From Candidatus Firestoneibacteriota bacterium (GTDB lineage Bacteria > Oederibacteriota > D2-FULL-39-29 > JBDRBU01), in NCBI GenBank assembly GCA_043822305.1, contig JBDRBU010000006.1, positions 1-40,030 on the forward strand: DNA of 40,030 nt, written 5' to 3'. Below the pieces are notes generated by a model. It saw only the letters and a list, made by a program, of their open reading frames with translations, had not been told where the DNA came from and made no database searches. The position numbers and the translations under genes are program-made. Position 1 is the stretch's first letter; every line of letters starts with the position of its first letter. Of this stretch, positions 28,722 through 37,203 are shown piece after piece.

Positions 28722-29312
28722 ATGTATAAAAAAGTAGTAGCCGGTTGTTTTGTCGTAAGCATGGCATTTGCATTGATTTCCTGTACTCAAAAACCTTCGC
28801 AGGAAGAAATGATTGAGAGAGGGAAATACTTAGTAAACGCAGCAGGAGTCTTGTGGTATCACACACCAATTGGAAAGGACGGAAGCCAGGATTTTTCAAA
28901 ACTTATGGCCGGAAGTTCAGTTGGTTATCAGGGTTCGTGGGGTGTGACATATCCAAAAAATTTAACTCCTGATGTAGATACTGGAATTGGTGGATTAACC
29001 GATGATGAAGTTATAAGTTTAATAAAAAATGAATCAAACAGCGGAAAACTAACGATGTTTAGTTATCACTATAAAGATTTAACAGATGAAGATTTAAAAT
29101 GTATAGTCGCTTTTTTAAGGAATTTACCACCAGTATCAAATAAAATTCAAGATGATTTAAAGCCAGGCGAAGCGCCAAAAACATCTGTAATTAACTTGAA
29201 TGTTGTAGAACCTAAAGTAATAAAAGCAGCACCTGTTAAGAAAACACCTGCAAAGCCAAAAGCTAAACCAAAAACGACAAAGAAAACAGGGTCAACAAAG
29301 ACAAAGAAGTAA
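28722..29312 (+). CDS. Lipoprotein with a class-I cytochrome-c-like domain lacking the CXXCH motif and a lysine/proline-rich C-terminal tail
   Basis: Signal peptide plus lipobox LISC. ERGKYLVNAAGVLWYHT aligns with cytochrome-c EKGKKIFVQKCAQCHT (Cys to V/Y, His retained). GKLTMFSYHYKDLTDEDLKCIVAFLRNL aligns with [23 protein letters not shown] (Met ligand retained). Tail KKTPAKPKAKPKTTKKTGSTKTKK. Confidence 0.55.
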   Translation: MYKKVVAGCFVVSMAFALISCTQKPSQEEMIERGKYLVNAAGVLWYHTPIGKDGSQDFSKLMAGSSVGYQGSWGVTYPKNLTPDVDTGIGGLTDDEVISLIKNESNSGKLTMFSYHYKDLTDEDLKCIVAFLRNLPPVSNKIQDDLKPGEAPKTSVINLNVVEPKVIKAAPVKKTPAKPKAKPKTTKKTGSTKTKK

Positions 29313-29370
29313 TTAGTTTCTGCTCACTTTTGGAGCATAAATTAAACAGGGAATTTTATGGATAAAAATT

Positions 29371-30366
29371 ATGTCAGAGAATAATTTTGGAAAAGGTGAA
29401 ATTGTAATTTATAAAAGCCCCCAAGGACCGGAAATCCAGGTTAAACTTGACAAAGATACTGTATGGATTGATGCTCATTTAATAGCACGGCTTTTTGATG
29501 TGAATCGTCCGGCAATAGTCAAACATATAAATAATATCTACAAAACTGGTGAATTAAATCCAAAATCAACCTGTTCCATTTTGGAACAGGTTGCTGCTGA
29601 TGGAAAGATTAGGAAAATGAATCTTTATAATTTAGATATGATTATTTCCGTTGGCTACCGTGTTAATTCTAAACGAGCAACCCAATTTCGTATCTGGGCA
29701 ACAAAGACCTTAAAAGACCATTTAATCAATGGCTATACCATTAATGAAAAACGGCTTTTAGAGTCGCGAGGAAAATTTAAAGAATTGCAATCCGCCATTA
29801 CTTTTCTTCATGAAAAATCAAAAAAAGAATTGTTGTCTGGACAAGCAAGTGAGATTTTGAATCTGCTTTCCGGTTATGCCAAAACTCTAACTTTATTAGA
29901 AGAATATGACAAAGGAGAATTGAAAACCGCTAAAGGCAGGAAAGCAAAATTTGTTTTGAAATATAAAGAATATCAACAGATTGTTAAAGAAATTAAAAAA
30001 GAATTAATGACAAAAAAAGAAGCAAGCACATTATTTGGTCAGGAAACAGGTGGAAAATTTGAGGGGATTATAAGAGGGTTATATCAAACTTTTGACAGAA
30101 AAGAATTATATCCAACGATTGAAGATAAAGCAGGGCATCTTTTGTATTTAACTATTAAAGACCATCCATTTACTGACGGCAATAAGCGAATTGGTTCATT
30201 TTTGTTCGTGTATTTTTTGGACAAAAACAATTATCTTTATCGTGGAAATGGAGAAAAGAAAATAAATAATAGTGCCTTAACAGCAATGGCGCTTTTAATT
30301 GCTGAAAGCGATCCCAAAGAAAAAGATATTTTAATTAAAATAATTACCAATCTTATAAGCGATTAA
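29371..30366 (+). CDS. RhuM-family N-terminal domain fused to a Fic/Doc domain (putative AMPylator or toxin)
   Basis: The N-terminal ~120 aa (GEIVIYKSPQGPEIQVKLDKDTVWIDAHLIARLFDV..YNLDMIISVGYRVNSKRATQFRIWATKTLKDHLING) are typical of RhuM. The C-terminal Fic motif is HPFTDGNKRIGSFL. Confidence 0.8.
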   Translation: MSENNFGKGEIVIYKSPQGPEIQVKLDKDTVWIDAHLIARLFDVNRPAIVKHINNIYKTGELNPKSTCSILEQVAADGKIRKMNLYNLDMIISVGYRVNSKRATQFRIWATKTLKDHLINGYTINEKRLLESRGKFKELQSAITFLHEKSKKELLSGQASEILNLLSGYAKTLTLLEEYDKGELKTAKGRKAKFVLKYKEYQQIVKEIKKELMTKKEASTLFGQETGGKFEGIIRGLYQTFDRKELYPTIEDKAGHLLYLTIKDHPFTDGNKRIGSFLFVYFLDKNNYLYRGNGEKKINNSALTAMALLIAESDPKEKDILIKIITNLISD

Positions 30367-30377
30367 TTATTTTCTAT

Positions 30378-31181
30378 ATGAATAAAAAATTGGGAAAATT
30401 GAAAAATATTTTAAAAAAGATGAGCAGTGTGCTTGTAGCCTACTCAGGTGGTGTTGATAGCACCTTTTTACTTAAAGTTGCATTAGATACACTTGGGAAA
30501 AACAATGTTTTTGCTGTTATGGCCAAATCAGAAACTTATCCATCTTCTGAAATAAAATATGCTATAAACATAGCAAAGTTTTTAGGTGCAGAATATTCTG
30601 TTATTAAAACTAATGAATTGAAAGATAAAAGATTTGTTAAAAATCCAATAAATAGATGTTATTACTGTAAAAAAGAATTATTTTCCAGGTTGAAAAATAT
30701 TGCAAAAAAATTAAAAATAAACTGTGTTGTTGATGGGACAAATTATGATGATAGATTGGACATTAGACCAGGGGCACTTGCCGGAGAAAAATTGGGAATT
30801 GAAAGTCCACTGAAAGAAGCAAAAATGACAAAAAAAGATATAAGAAAATTATCAAAGAACATTGGACTTTCTACATGGGATAAACCATCTTTTGCTTGTC
30901 TTTCTTCAAGAATCCCATATGGGGATAAAATAGATGTTAAAGTTTTAAGGATGATAGATGCTGCCGAAAAATTTTTAAAAGAATTTGGATTTGCTCAAGT
31001 AAGGGTAAGACATCACAATAACATGGCCAGGATTGAACTGGGTAGAGAAGATATAAAAAAAGTTTTAAAGAATAATTTAACAAAAAAAATAGCAGAAAAA
31101 TTAAAAAAAATAGGATATAATTACATTACCTTAGATTTGGAAGGTTATAGGACCGGAAGTATGAATTTAGTAAGGGATTGA
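30378..31181 (+). CDS. PP-loop ATP pyrophosphatase of the LarE/TIGR00268 family (ATP-dependent sacrificial sulfur transferase-like)
   Basis: PP-loop VAYSGGVDSTFLLKVA. The conserved C-terminal FACLSSRIPYGD block contains the cysteine equivalent to the LarE sacrificial Cys. It sits 11 nt after the Fic gene. Confidence 0.75.
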   Translation: MNKKLGKLKNILKKMSSVLVAYSGGVDSTFLLKVALDTLGKNNVFAVMAKSETYPSSEIKYAINIAKFLGAEYSVIKTNELKDKRFVKNPINRCYYCKKELFSRLKNIAKKLKINCVVDGTNYDDRLDIRPGALAGEKLGIESPLKEAKMTKKDIRKLSKNIGLSTWDKPSFACLSSRIPYGDKIDVKVLRMIDAAEKFLKEFGFAQVRVRHHNNMARIELGREDIKKVLKNNLTKKIAEKLKKIGYNYITLDLEGYRTGSMNLVRD

Positions 31182-31187
31182 TCAAAA

Positions 31188-32135
31188 ATGAAGAAAAAAA
31201 AGTTGAATATTTATAATGGAGTTCAAGAAAACCCGGCAAAAACTGTTAGTGAACAGATAGGATTAGGAATTTATCCAGCGATAAAGAAGGATACACCAAT
31301 AATTGAAATTCCCAATTCTAAATATCCTAAAGTTTCCCAATTTAACGATATTGATTTAAATCAATGGAAGAAATATGAAGAAATAATAACAGATAGTCTT
31401 TGGTTGCTTGGGTCTCGTGATAAGAGTGGTGCTCATAGCGGCGAATATCACGGTAATTTTATACCTCAAATTCCGCATCAAGCGATGTTAAGATATACAA
31501 AAAAAGGAGAAATTGTTTTAGCTGCTTTTTTAGGAAGCGGTACAACTTTAATTGAATGCAAAAGATTAGGACGGAATGGAATTGGTATTGAACTTTTGCC
31601 ACATATGGTTAAAAGAGCAAAAGAACTTATGGCTCAGGAGAGCAATTTACACAATGTAAAAACATCTGTAATTGAAGGAGATAACACGGAAAACAAAACA
31701 ATAGAAAATGTAAAAAAAACATTAAATGAAAATTACAATTCTAAAACCGTTCAACTTATTATAATGCATCCACCATATCACGATATAATTAAATTTAGTG
31801 ATAACCCGAATGATTTGTGTAATGCAAAAACTACTGATGAATTTCTGAATAAATTTTCATACGCAGTTAAAAGTACCTATCCTTTACTTGATGAAAAAAG
31901 ATTTTTAGTGCTTGTTATTGGCGATAAATATAGCCAGAGTGAATGGGTGCCTTTAGGCTTTTATACGATGCAAAAAGTATTGGAAAATGGATATAAACTT
32001 AAAAGTATTGTGATAAAAAATATTTCTGGTAATCGGGCAAAAAGAAATGCAGAACACCTCTGGCGTCGTCGTGCGTTAGGCGGTGGATTTTATATTTTCA
32101 AGCACGAATATATAATGTTTTTTCAAAAAAGGTGA
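31188..32135 (+). CDS. N4/N6 DNA methyltransferase (PF01555-like) with circularly permuted motif order (motif I before motif IV)
   Basis: HGNFIPQIPHQAMLRYTKKGEIVLAAFLGSGTTLIECKRLGRNGIGIEL matches the HPA.FP.eLp...VLDPF.GSGTT..a.k.lgR.fiGiE block. Downstream, QLIIMHPPYHDII (a D/N/S-PPY variant) and DEFLNKFSYAVKSTYPLLDEKRFLVLVIGD match the N-terminal half of PF01555. It starts 6 nt after the LarE-like gene. Confidence 0.65.
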   Translation: MKKKKLNIYNGVQENPAKTVSEQIGLGIYPAIKKDTPIIEIPNSKYPKVSQFNDIDLNQWKKYEEIITDSLWLLGSRDKSGAHSGEYHGNFIPQIPHQAMLRYTKKGEIVLAAFLGSGTTLIECKRLGRNGIGIELLPHMVKRAKELMAQESNLHNVKTSVIEGDNTENKTIENVKKTLNENYNSKTVQLIIMHPPYHDIIKFSDNPNDLCNAKTTDEFLNKFSYAVKSTYPLLDEKRFLVLVIGDKYSQSEWVPLGFYTMQKVLENGYKLKSIVIKNISGNRAKRNAEHLWRRRALGGGFYIFKHEYIMFFQKR

Positions 32136-32138
32136 AAA

Positions 32139-32699
32139 ATGGCAACAACCCATGTTTTTATAGTCAATACAAACACATTCAAATATCATTTAGAATATTT
32201 ATTTGCAGGAACGGGAGCCAAAGACGATAAAGCATTTGAAATACATTTACAGGCATATATAGTTCAAAATATTGGCAAAGGATTTAATAAAAGTTTAGAT
32301 AAATGTTTACTTAACGATCTGACTTTTGAATGGTTAGGGAATGAAGTTTCTTGTGGTGTGGGTATGCAAAGAATAGATATTATGCTTTCAGTTATTAAAA
32401 ATAATGTTAAAATTGTTGTTCCAGTTGAATTAAAATCTGTTGAAGCAAGCACAGATAACATTATCCAAATTCAAAGATATGTTGAGTGGTTAGAACAATA
32501 TTATGTTCCAAACAGGATTAGCGATATTCAACCAGTTTTGATTTCCAAAAAGATAGATGACAAAAACGATACAACCTATAAGGGAATTATCAAAAGTTTC
32601 GAACAATTTAACAATAAAAATAAGTCCTGCTATCCTATTAAATATATAGAATTTGAATTGGTAAATATGGATTTAGTTTTTGATGAAGTTAAATATTAA
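32139..32699 (+). CDS. Putative PD-(D/E)xK nuclease (candidate restriction endonuclease partner of the methyltransferase)
   Basis: 186 aa. Motif arrangement E..G (EWLGNE), D (GMQRIDIMLSV), ExK (VVPVELKSV), Q (IQIQRYVEW). It starts 3 nt after the methyltransferase stop. Confidence 0.4.
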   Translation: MATTHVFIVNTNTFKYHLEYLFAGTGAKDDKAFEIHLQAYIVQNIGKGFNKSLDKCLLNDLTFEWLGNEVSCGVGMQRIDIMLSVIKNNVKIVVPVELKSVEASTDNIIQIQRYVEWLEQYYVPNRISDIQPVLISKKIDDKNDTTYKGIIKSFEQFNNKNKSCYPIKYIEFELVNMDLVFDEVKY

Positions 32700-32758
32700 A
32701 GCAGATAACAGTATAAAAAAGTAGGCGCTGTCCCTACTATTTAAGGAGGGTAATAATC

Positions 32759-33232
32759 ATGGAAGAAAAATATGATAAATTAGGACAACTTCCTACTATT
32801 GTTTCAGCATTAGAGGAGCATCCTAATTTTATTCAGTTTACTGAAGATGAACTAAGGGTGTTTTCTAAATATTGTAGCGAGAAGAAAATAAGAAAAGATG
32901 AGATACTATTTAATGAAGGTGATGCTGCAGAATCAATGTTTATTGTAAAGAAAGGAACAATAAAAGTTTTAAAAATGGGATATTTGGGTGAAATTGTAAT
33001 TGTTCAAATTAACCCCGGCGAATTTGTTGGAGAGATGGCAGTGATAGATGGAAGTCCTCGTTCTGCAACAGTAAAAGCAGTAGTAGATTCAGAATTATTG
33101 GAACTTGCTTCGGAAAAATTTAATTTATTAAAGAAAGAGAATCCGCAGATAGCCATGAAGATAATGGATTTACTCTTAAGAATTTTAAGTATAAGATTAA
33201 GAACAACAACATTAAAAATGTTAAAAAAGTAG
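32759..33232 (+). CDS. Stand-alone cyclic-nucleotide-binding (CAP/CRP-type cNMP) domain protein without an HTH
   Basis: ILFNEGDAAESMFIVKKGTIKVLK....GEFVGEMAVIDGSPRSATVKAVVDSELLEL. 157 aa. No DNA-binding domain is apparent. Confidence 0.75.
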   Translation: MEEKYDKLGQLPTIVSALEEHPNFIQFTEDELRVFSKYCSEKKIRKDEILFNEGDAAESMFIVKKGTIKVLKMGYLGEIVIVQINPGEFVGEMAVIDGSPRSATVKAVVDSELLELASEKFNLLKKENPQIAMKIMDLLLRILSIRLRTTTLKMLKK

Positions 33233-33243
33233 GAGGTAAAGTT

Positions 33244-34317
33244 ATGTATATAAATGATATTTTAAAAAAAATGGTTGAAAGGAATGCATCAGATGTCCAT
33301 TTGAAAGCAGGTTCTCCGCCTACTTTTAGAATAAATGGAGTATATGAAGATTCAGATTTTCCAACATTAAGTTCGACACAAGTAAGAGAACTCATAAACC
33401 AGATGACAGATGATAAACAAAGACAAAGGTTTGACGATGAGAAGGAATTGGACTTTGCTTATAGTGTTCCTGATTTAGCCAGGTTTAGGGTAAATGTTTA
33501 TCTTCAAGCAGAAAATTTAGCAAGCGTTATGAGAGTAATACCCTTAAAAGTTTTAACAATAGATGAGTTAGGACTCCCCCATATCTTAAAGACATTAGCA
33601 GAAAAACCACGAGGGTTAATTTTAGTTACAGGTCCTACTGGTTCAGGAAAGTCCACTACAATTGCTGCTATGATAGACCATATTAATACAACAAGAAGAT
33701 GCCATATTATAACCATAGAAGACCCAATTGAATTTATTCATAAGGATAAAGTGGCCATAGTAGACCAAAGAGAAGTTGGGAGAGATACTTTATCGTTTCG
33801 TAATGCTTTAAGAAGGATATTAAGACAGGATCCAAATGTAATAGTCATAGGAGAAATGCGTGATTTAGAAACAATATCTATTGCCATAACAGCAGCCGAG
33901 ACTGGACATCTTGTATTTGCTACCCTCCATACAGGTTCTGCTGCCCAAACAATTAGTAGAATAGTTGATGTATTCCCGCATGGCCAACAGCAGCAAATTA
34001 GAAGTCAGTTATCTTTATCTCTTGAAGGAATATTGTGTCAGATTCTTCTTCCAGGGATAGACAATAAAGGCAGGGTTGCTGCTTTAGAAATAATGACAGT
34101 AACCAGTGCTATGAGAAGTTTAATCAGGGAAAATGAATTAGCCCAGATTCCATCAGCAATATTAACGGGTAAAGCAGAAGGGATGAAAACATTAGATACA
34201 TCCTTAAAGGAGTTAGTCGATAGTGGGATTATATCATATGATGTGGCTCTAGCCAAGGCCTCAAATTCGGAATCACTTAAAAGAATATTTTTAGAAGACA
34301 CAAAGAAGAAAAAATGA
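33244..34317 (+). CDS. pilT: Type IV pilus retraction ATPase PilT (PilT/PilU family)
   Basis: N-terminus NASDVHLKAGSPPTFRINGV, Walker A LILVTGPTGSGKSTT, GEMRD, His box. It starts 11 nt after the cNMP-binding gene. Confidence 0.9.
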   Translation: MYINDILKKMVERNASDVHLKAGSPPTFRINGVYEDSDFPTLSSTQVRELINQMTDDKQRQRFDDEKELDFAYSVPDLARFRVNVYLQAENLASVMRVIPLKVLTIDELGLPHILKTLAEKPRGLILVTGPTGSGKSTTIAAMIDHINTTRRCHIITIEDPIEFIHKDKVAIVDQREVGRDTLSFRNALRRILRQDPNVIVIGEMRDLETISIAITAAETGHLVFATLHTGSAAQTISRIVDVFPHGQQQQIRSQLSLSLEGILCQILLPGIDNKGRVAALEIMTVTSAMRSLIRENELAQIPSAILTGKAEGMKTLDTSLKELVDSGIISYDVALAKASNSESLKRIFLEDTKKKK

Positions 34318-34351
34318 CTTTCCATAGTGTAATTATAAATATTAGGAATAG

Positions 34352-34768
34352 TTGTTCGCCAGAGGTGAGCAGACTGTGATTTATGAAATCAGTGTCCAGA
34401 CAACTTCAAGAACCCAGTTTAAAGATATTACAGATGATATTCAAAAAGTAATAATCAAGTCAAAAGCCAAAGAAGGTATTTGTTTTATTTTTATCCCCCA
34501 TACAACAGCTGGAATTACTATAAATGAAAATGCAGATCCATCCGTAAGAGAAGATATAATAGAAAAATTGGCTGATGTAATACCTGAAAATAGTAATTAT
34601 TCCCACGCAGAAGGTAATTCAGATGCTCATATAAAAGCATCAATGGTTGGTTTTTCTCAAACTGTTTTTATTGAGGAAGGTAAACTATTACTTGGAACTT
34701 GGCAGGGAATTTATTTTTGTGAATTTGATGGACCAAGAACAAGAAAGGTAATGGTAAAAATAATATGA
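34352..34768 (+). CDS. YjbQ/UPF0047 family protein (secondary thiamine-phosphate synthase-like)
   Basis: IPHTTAGITINENADPSVREDI..HAEGNSDAHIKASMVGFSQTVFIEEGKLLLGTWQGIYFCEFDGPR. The start is uncertain (TTG at 34352 or GTG at 34376). Confidence 0.8.
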   Translation: MFARGEQTVIYEISVQTTSRTQFKDITDDIQKVIIKSKAKEGICFIFIPHTTAGITINENADPSVREDIIEKLADVIPENSNYSHAEGNSDAHIKASMVGFSQTVFIEEGKLLLGTWQGIYFCEFDGPRTRKVMVKII

Positions 34769-35730
34769 TAAAAAATATTGGAGTAGCTACAACGGGTGGA
34801 GATGCACCAGGGATGAATGCAGCCATAAGAGCGGTTGTAAGAACAGCCATATATCATCATAAAAGGATTTTTGGAATTAAAAGGGGCTTTAAAGGAATGG
34901 TAGAAGGAGATATTGAAGAAATGAATCTATCTTCGGTCTCTGGTATTATAAATAGAGGAGGAACTATTCTTAAAACAATAAGAGCTCCTGAATTTAAGGA
35001 AATAAAAACCCAAAAAAGAGCAGTAGAGAATTTAAAAAAATTTGATATAGATGGATTAATTATAATAGGTGGTAATGGCTCACTTATTGCAGGAGATATT
35101 TTATATTCAAGATGGCAGATTCCTGTTGTTAATATTCCTGCTTCTATTGACAATGATTTATGTTTTACTGATTATACAATAGGATTTGATACAGCAGTAA
35201 ATACTGCTTTAGAAGCCATAGACAAGATAAGAGATACTGCAACATCTCATGACAGGATTTTTATAGTTGAAGTTATGGGAAGAAATAATGGTCAGATAGC
35301 GTTAGAAGTTGCATTAACTTCTGGCGCTGAGGGTGTTTTAATTCCAGAGATTAAATTTGATTTAAATAAAATATGCAAGACATTGATTAAGGGACACCAG
35401 AGAGGGAAAAAGAGTAGCATAATAATTGTTGCCGAAGGAGTAGCAAAAGGAATTGATGTGGCTAAGTTTATTGAGAAGAAAACAAAACTTGAAGTAAGAG
35501 TTAGTATATTAGGCTATGTTCAAAGAGGAGGAGCGCCTACTTCTTTTAGTCGAGCATTAGCCTTAAGATTAGGGAAGATAGCAGTTGAGTTGCTAATTTC
35601 AGGTAAATACAGCAAGATGGTTGGAATATCCGGAAATAAAATTATTACCACAGATACAAAAAAAGTATTAAGATATAAAAGAAAAATAAGATTAGAAGAT
35701 TATAAATTGATTAACATCCTTTCAATATAG
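34765..35730 (+). CDS. pfkA: ATP-dependent 6-phosphofructokinase
   Basis: IGVATTGGDAPGMNAAIRAVVR, GGNGS, and MGR motifs. Confidence 0.93.
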   Translation: MIKNIGVATTGGDAPGMNAAIRAVVRTAIYHHKRIFGIKRGFKGMVEGDIEEMNLSSVSGIINRGGTILKTIRAPEFKEIKTQKRAVENLKKFDIDGLIIIGGNGSLIAGDILYSRWQIPVVNIPASIDNDLCFTDYTIGFDTAVNTALEAIDKIRDTATSHDRIFIVEVMGRNNGQIALEVALTSGAEGVLIPEIKFDLNKICKTLIKGHQRGKKSSIIIVAEGVAKGIDVAKFIEKKTKLEVRVSILGYVQRGGAPTSFSRALALRLGKIAVELLISGKYSKMVGISGNKIITTDTKKVLRYKRKIRLEDYKLINILSI

Positions 35731-35755
35731 GGACACATCTCATTTAATAAAACAA

Positions 35756-36898
35756 ATGGCAATAAAAGAAATCGAAGCAAAGTCAATACTCACCAAGCAC
35801 AAGAAAATAGATTCATGGTTTATCTCTCATTATGGGATGAACTTATATAGAGGCTGTCTTCATAATTGTATATATTGTGATGGTCGAGGAGAAAGTTACT
35901 ATGTAGATGGAGAATTTGGGGAAGATGTTGTTGCAAAAATAAATGCAGTTGAAATTTTAGAAAATGAATTAGACCCAAAAAGAAAACGTTCTCCTCTTAA
36001 AAAAAGTTATATTATGTTAGGTGGTGGTGTTGGTGATAGTTACCAACCAATTGAAAGCAAATATCAATTAAGTCAAAAAGTTCTTCAATTAATTTATAAA
36101 TATAATCTCCCGGTTCATATACTTACAAAATCAATACTTGTTAAAAGAGATGTAGACCTTCTTAAAAAAATTAATGAGAAAAATAAAGTAATTGTAAGTT
36201 TTAGTTTTTCTTCAGTAGATAATAAAATAAGTAGTATTTTTGAACCAAATGTTCCATCTCCAGAAGAAAAATTAAAAATACTTGCTTTTTTTAAGAAAGA
36301 GGGTATTGCCTGTGGAATGTTTTTACTTCCAGTTATTCCTTTTATAACTGATACACCAGAATTGATAGAAGAGGCTATTAAAAAAGCAAAAGAAAATGGG
36401 ATTGATTTTATCATTTTTGGAGGAATGACATTAAAAGAAGGAAGGCAGAAAGAATATTTTTTTAATGTTTTAAGAAAAACTTATCCAAAACTCATTACAG
36501 AATATGAAAGTATCTATAAGGACAATAAATGGGGAGGAGCAGAAAAAGAATATTATGATTCGATAAACTTAACATTTAATAGTATTGCAAAAAAATATAA
36601 AATGCCTATAAGGATTCCTCATTATCTTTTCAAAGATATATTAGATGAAAATGATTTAGTGATAGTTGTATTAGAACATATTGATTATTTTTTAAAGATG
36701 CAGGGTAAAAAATCTTCTTTTAGTTATGCTGGTTATTCAATATCGCAATTAAAACAATCTTTATCATCCATGAAAGGAGAATTGCAGAAGATAAAGGGAG
36801 TTGGTAAAATAACAGAAAAAATTATACTTGAAATACTTAAAACAGGTAGTTCGTCTTATCTGGAAGAATTGTTAAAAAGTGTCATTACAAAATCCTGA
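35756..36898 (+). CDS. Radical SAM protein (SPL/DNA-photolyase-like family) with C-terminal helix-hairpin-helix
   Basis: CLHNCIYCDGRG (CxxxCxxC). C-terminal HhH KGVGKITEKIILEILK. Confidence 0.7.
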   Translation: MAIKEIEAKSILTKHKKIDSWFISHYGMNLYRGCLHNCIYCDGRGESYYVDGEFGEDVVAKINAVEILENELDPKRKRSPLKKSYIMLGGGVGDSYQPIESKYQLSQKVLQLIYKYNLPVHILTKSILVKRDVDLLKKINEKNKVIVSFSFSSVDNKISSIFEPNVPSPEEKLKILAFFKKEGIACGMFLLPVIPFITDTPELIEEAIKKAKENGIDFIIFGGMTLKEGRQKEYFFNVLRKTYPKLITEYESIYKDNKWGGAEKEYYDSINLTFNSIAKKYKMPIRIPHYLFKDILDENDLVIVVLEHIDYFLKMQGKKSSFSYAGYSISQLKQSLSSMKGELQKIKGVGKITEKIILEILKTGSSSYLEELLKSVITKS

Positions 36899-37203
36899 CA
36901 GCATTTTGTTTATTAATGTTGCTTGATTTAAGATGAGAAATTATTGAAAAACTATTTTTGGTACTTTTACTTATATCCATAGAGGTCAGGAGGTCTGAAT
37001 TTATACAATAAAAAGACAGGATAAGTATTTACTTTTCTAAAATTTCTCATTAAAAATAGATTTACAAAGTCCAGATAAGTTGATATACTACAATAGCGAT
37101 AAAAATGCAGGTGGTTCAAGGGGAAAAAAATAATTAGTATCCGAATCACAATTACCTCAAGTATTTAATTGATTTTTATTAACTTTTCTTGTATATTTAA
37201 TAT

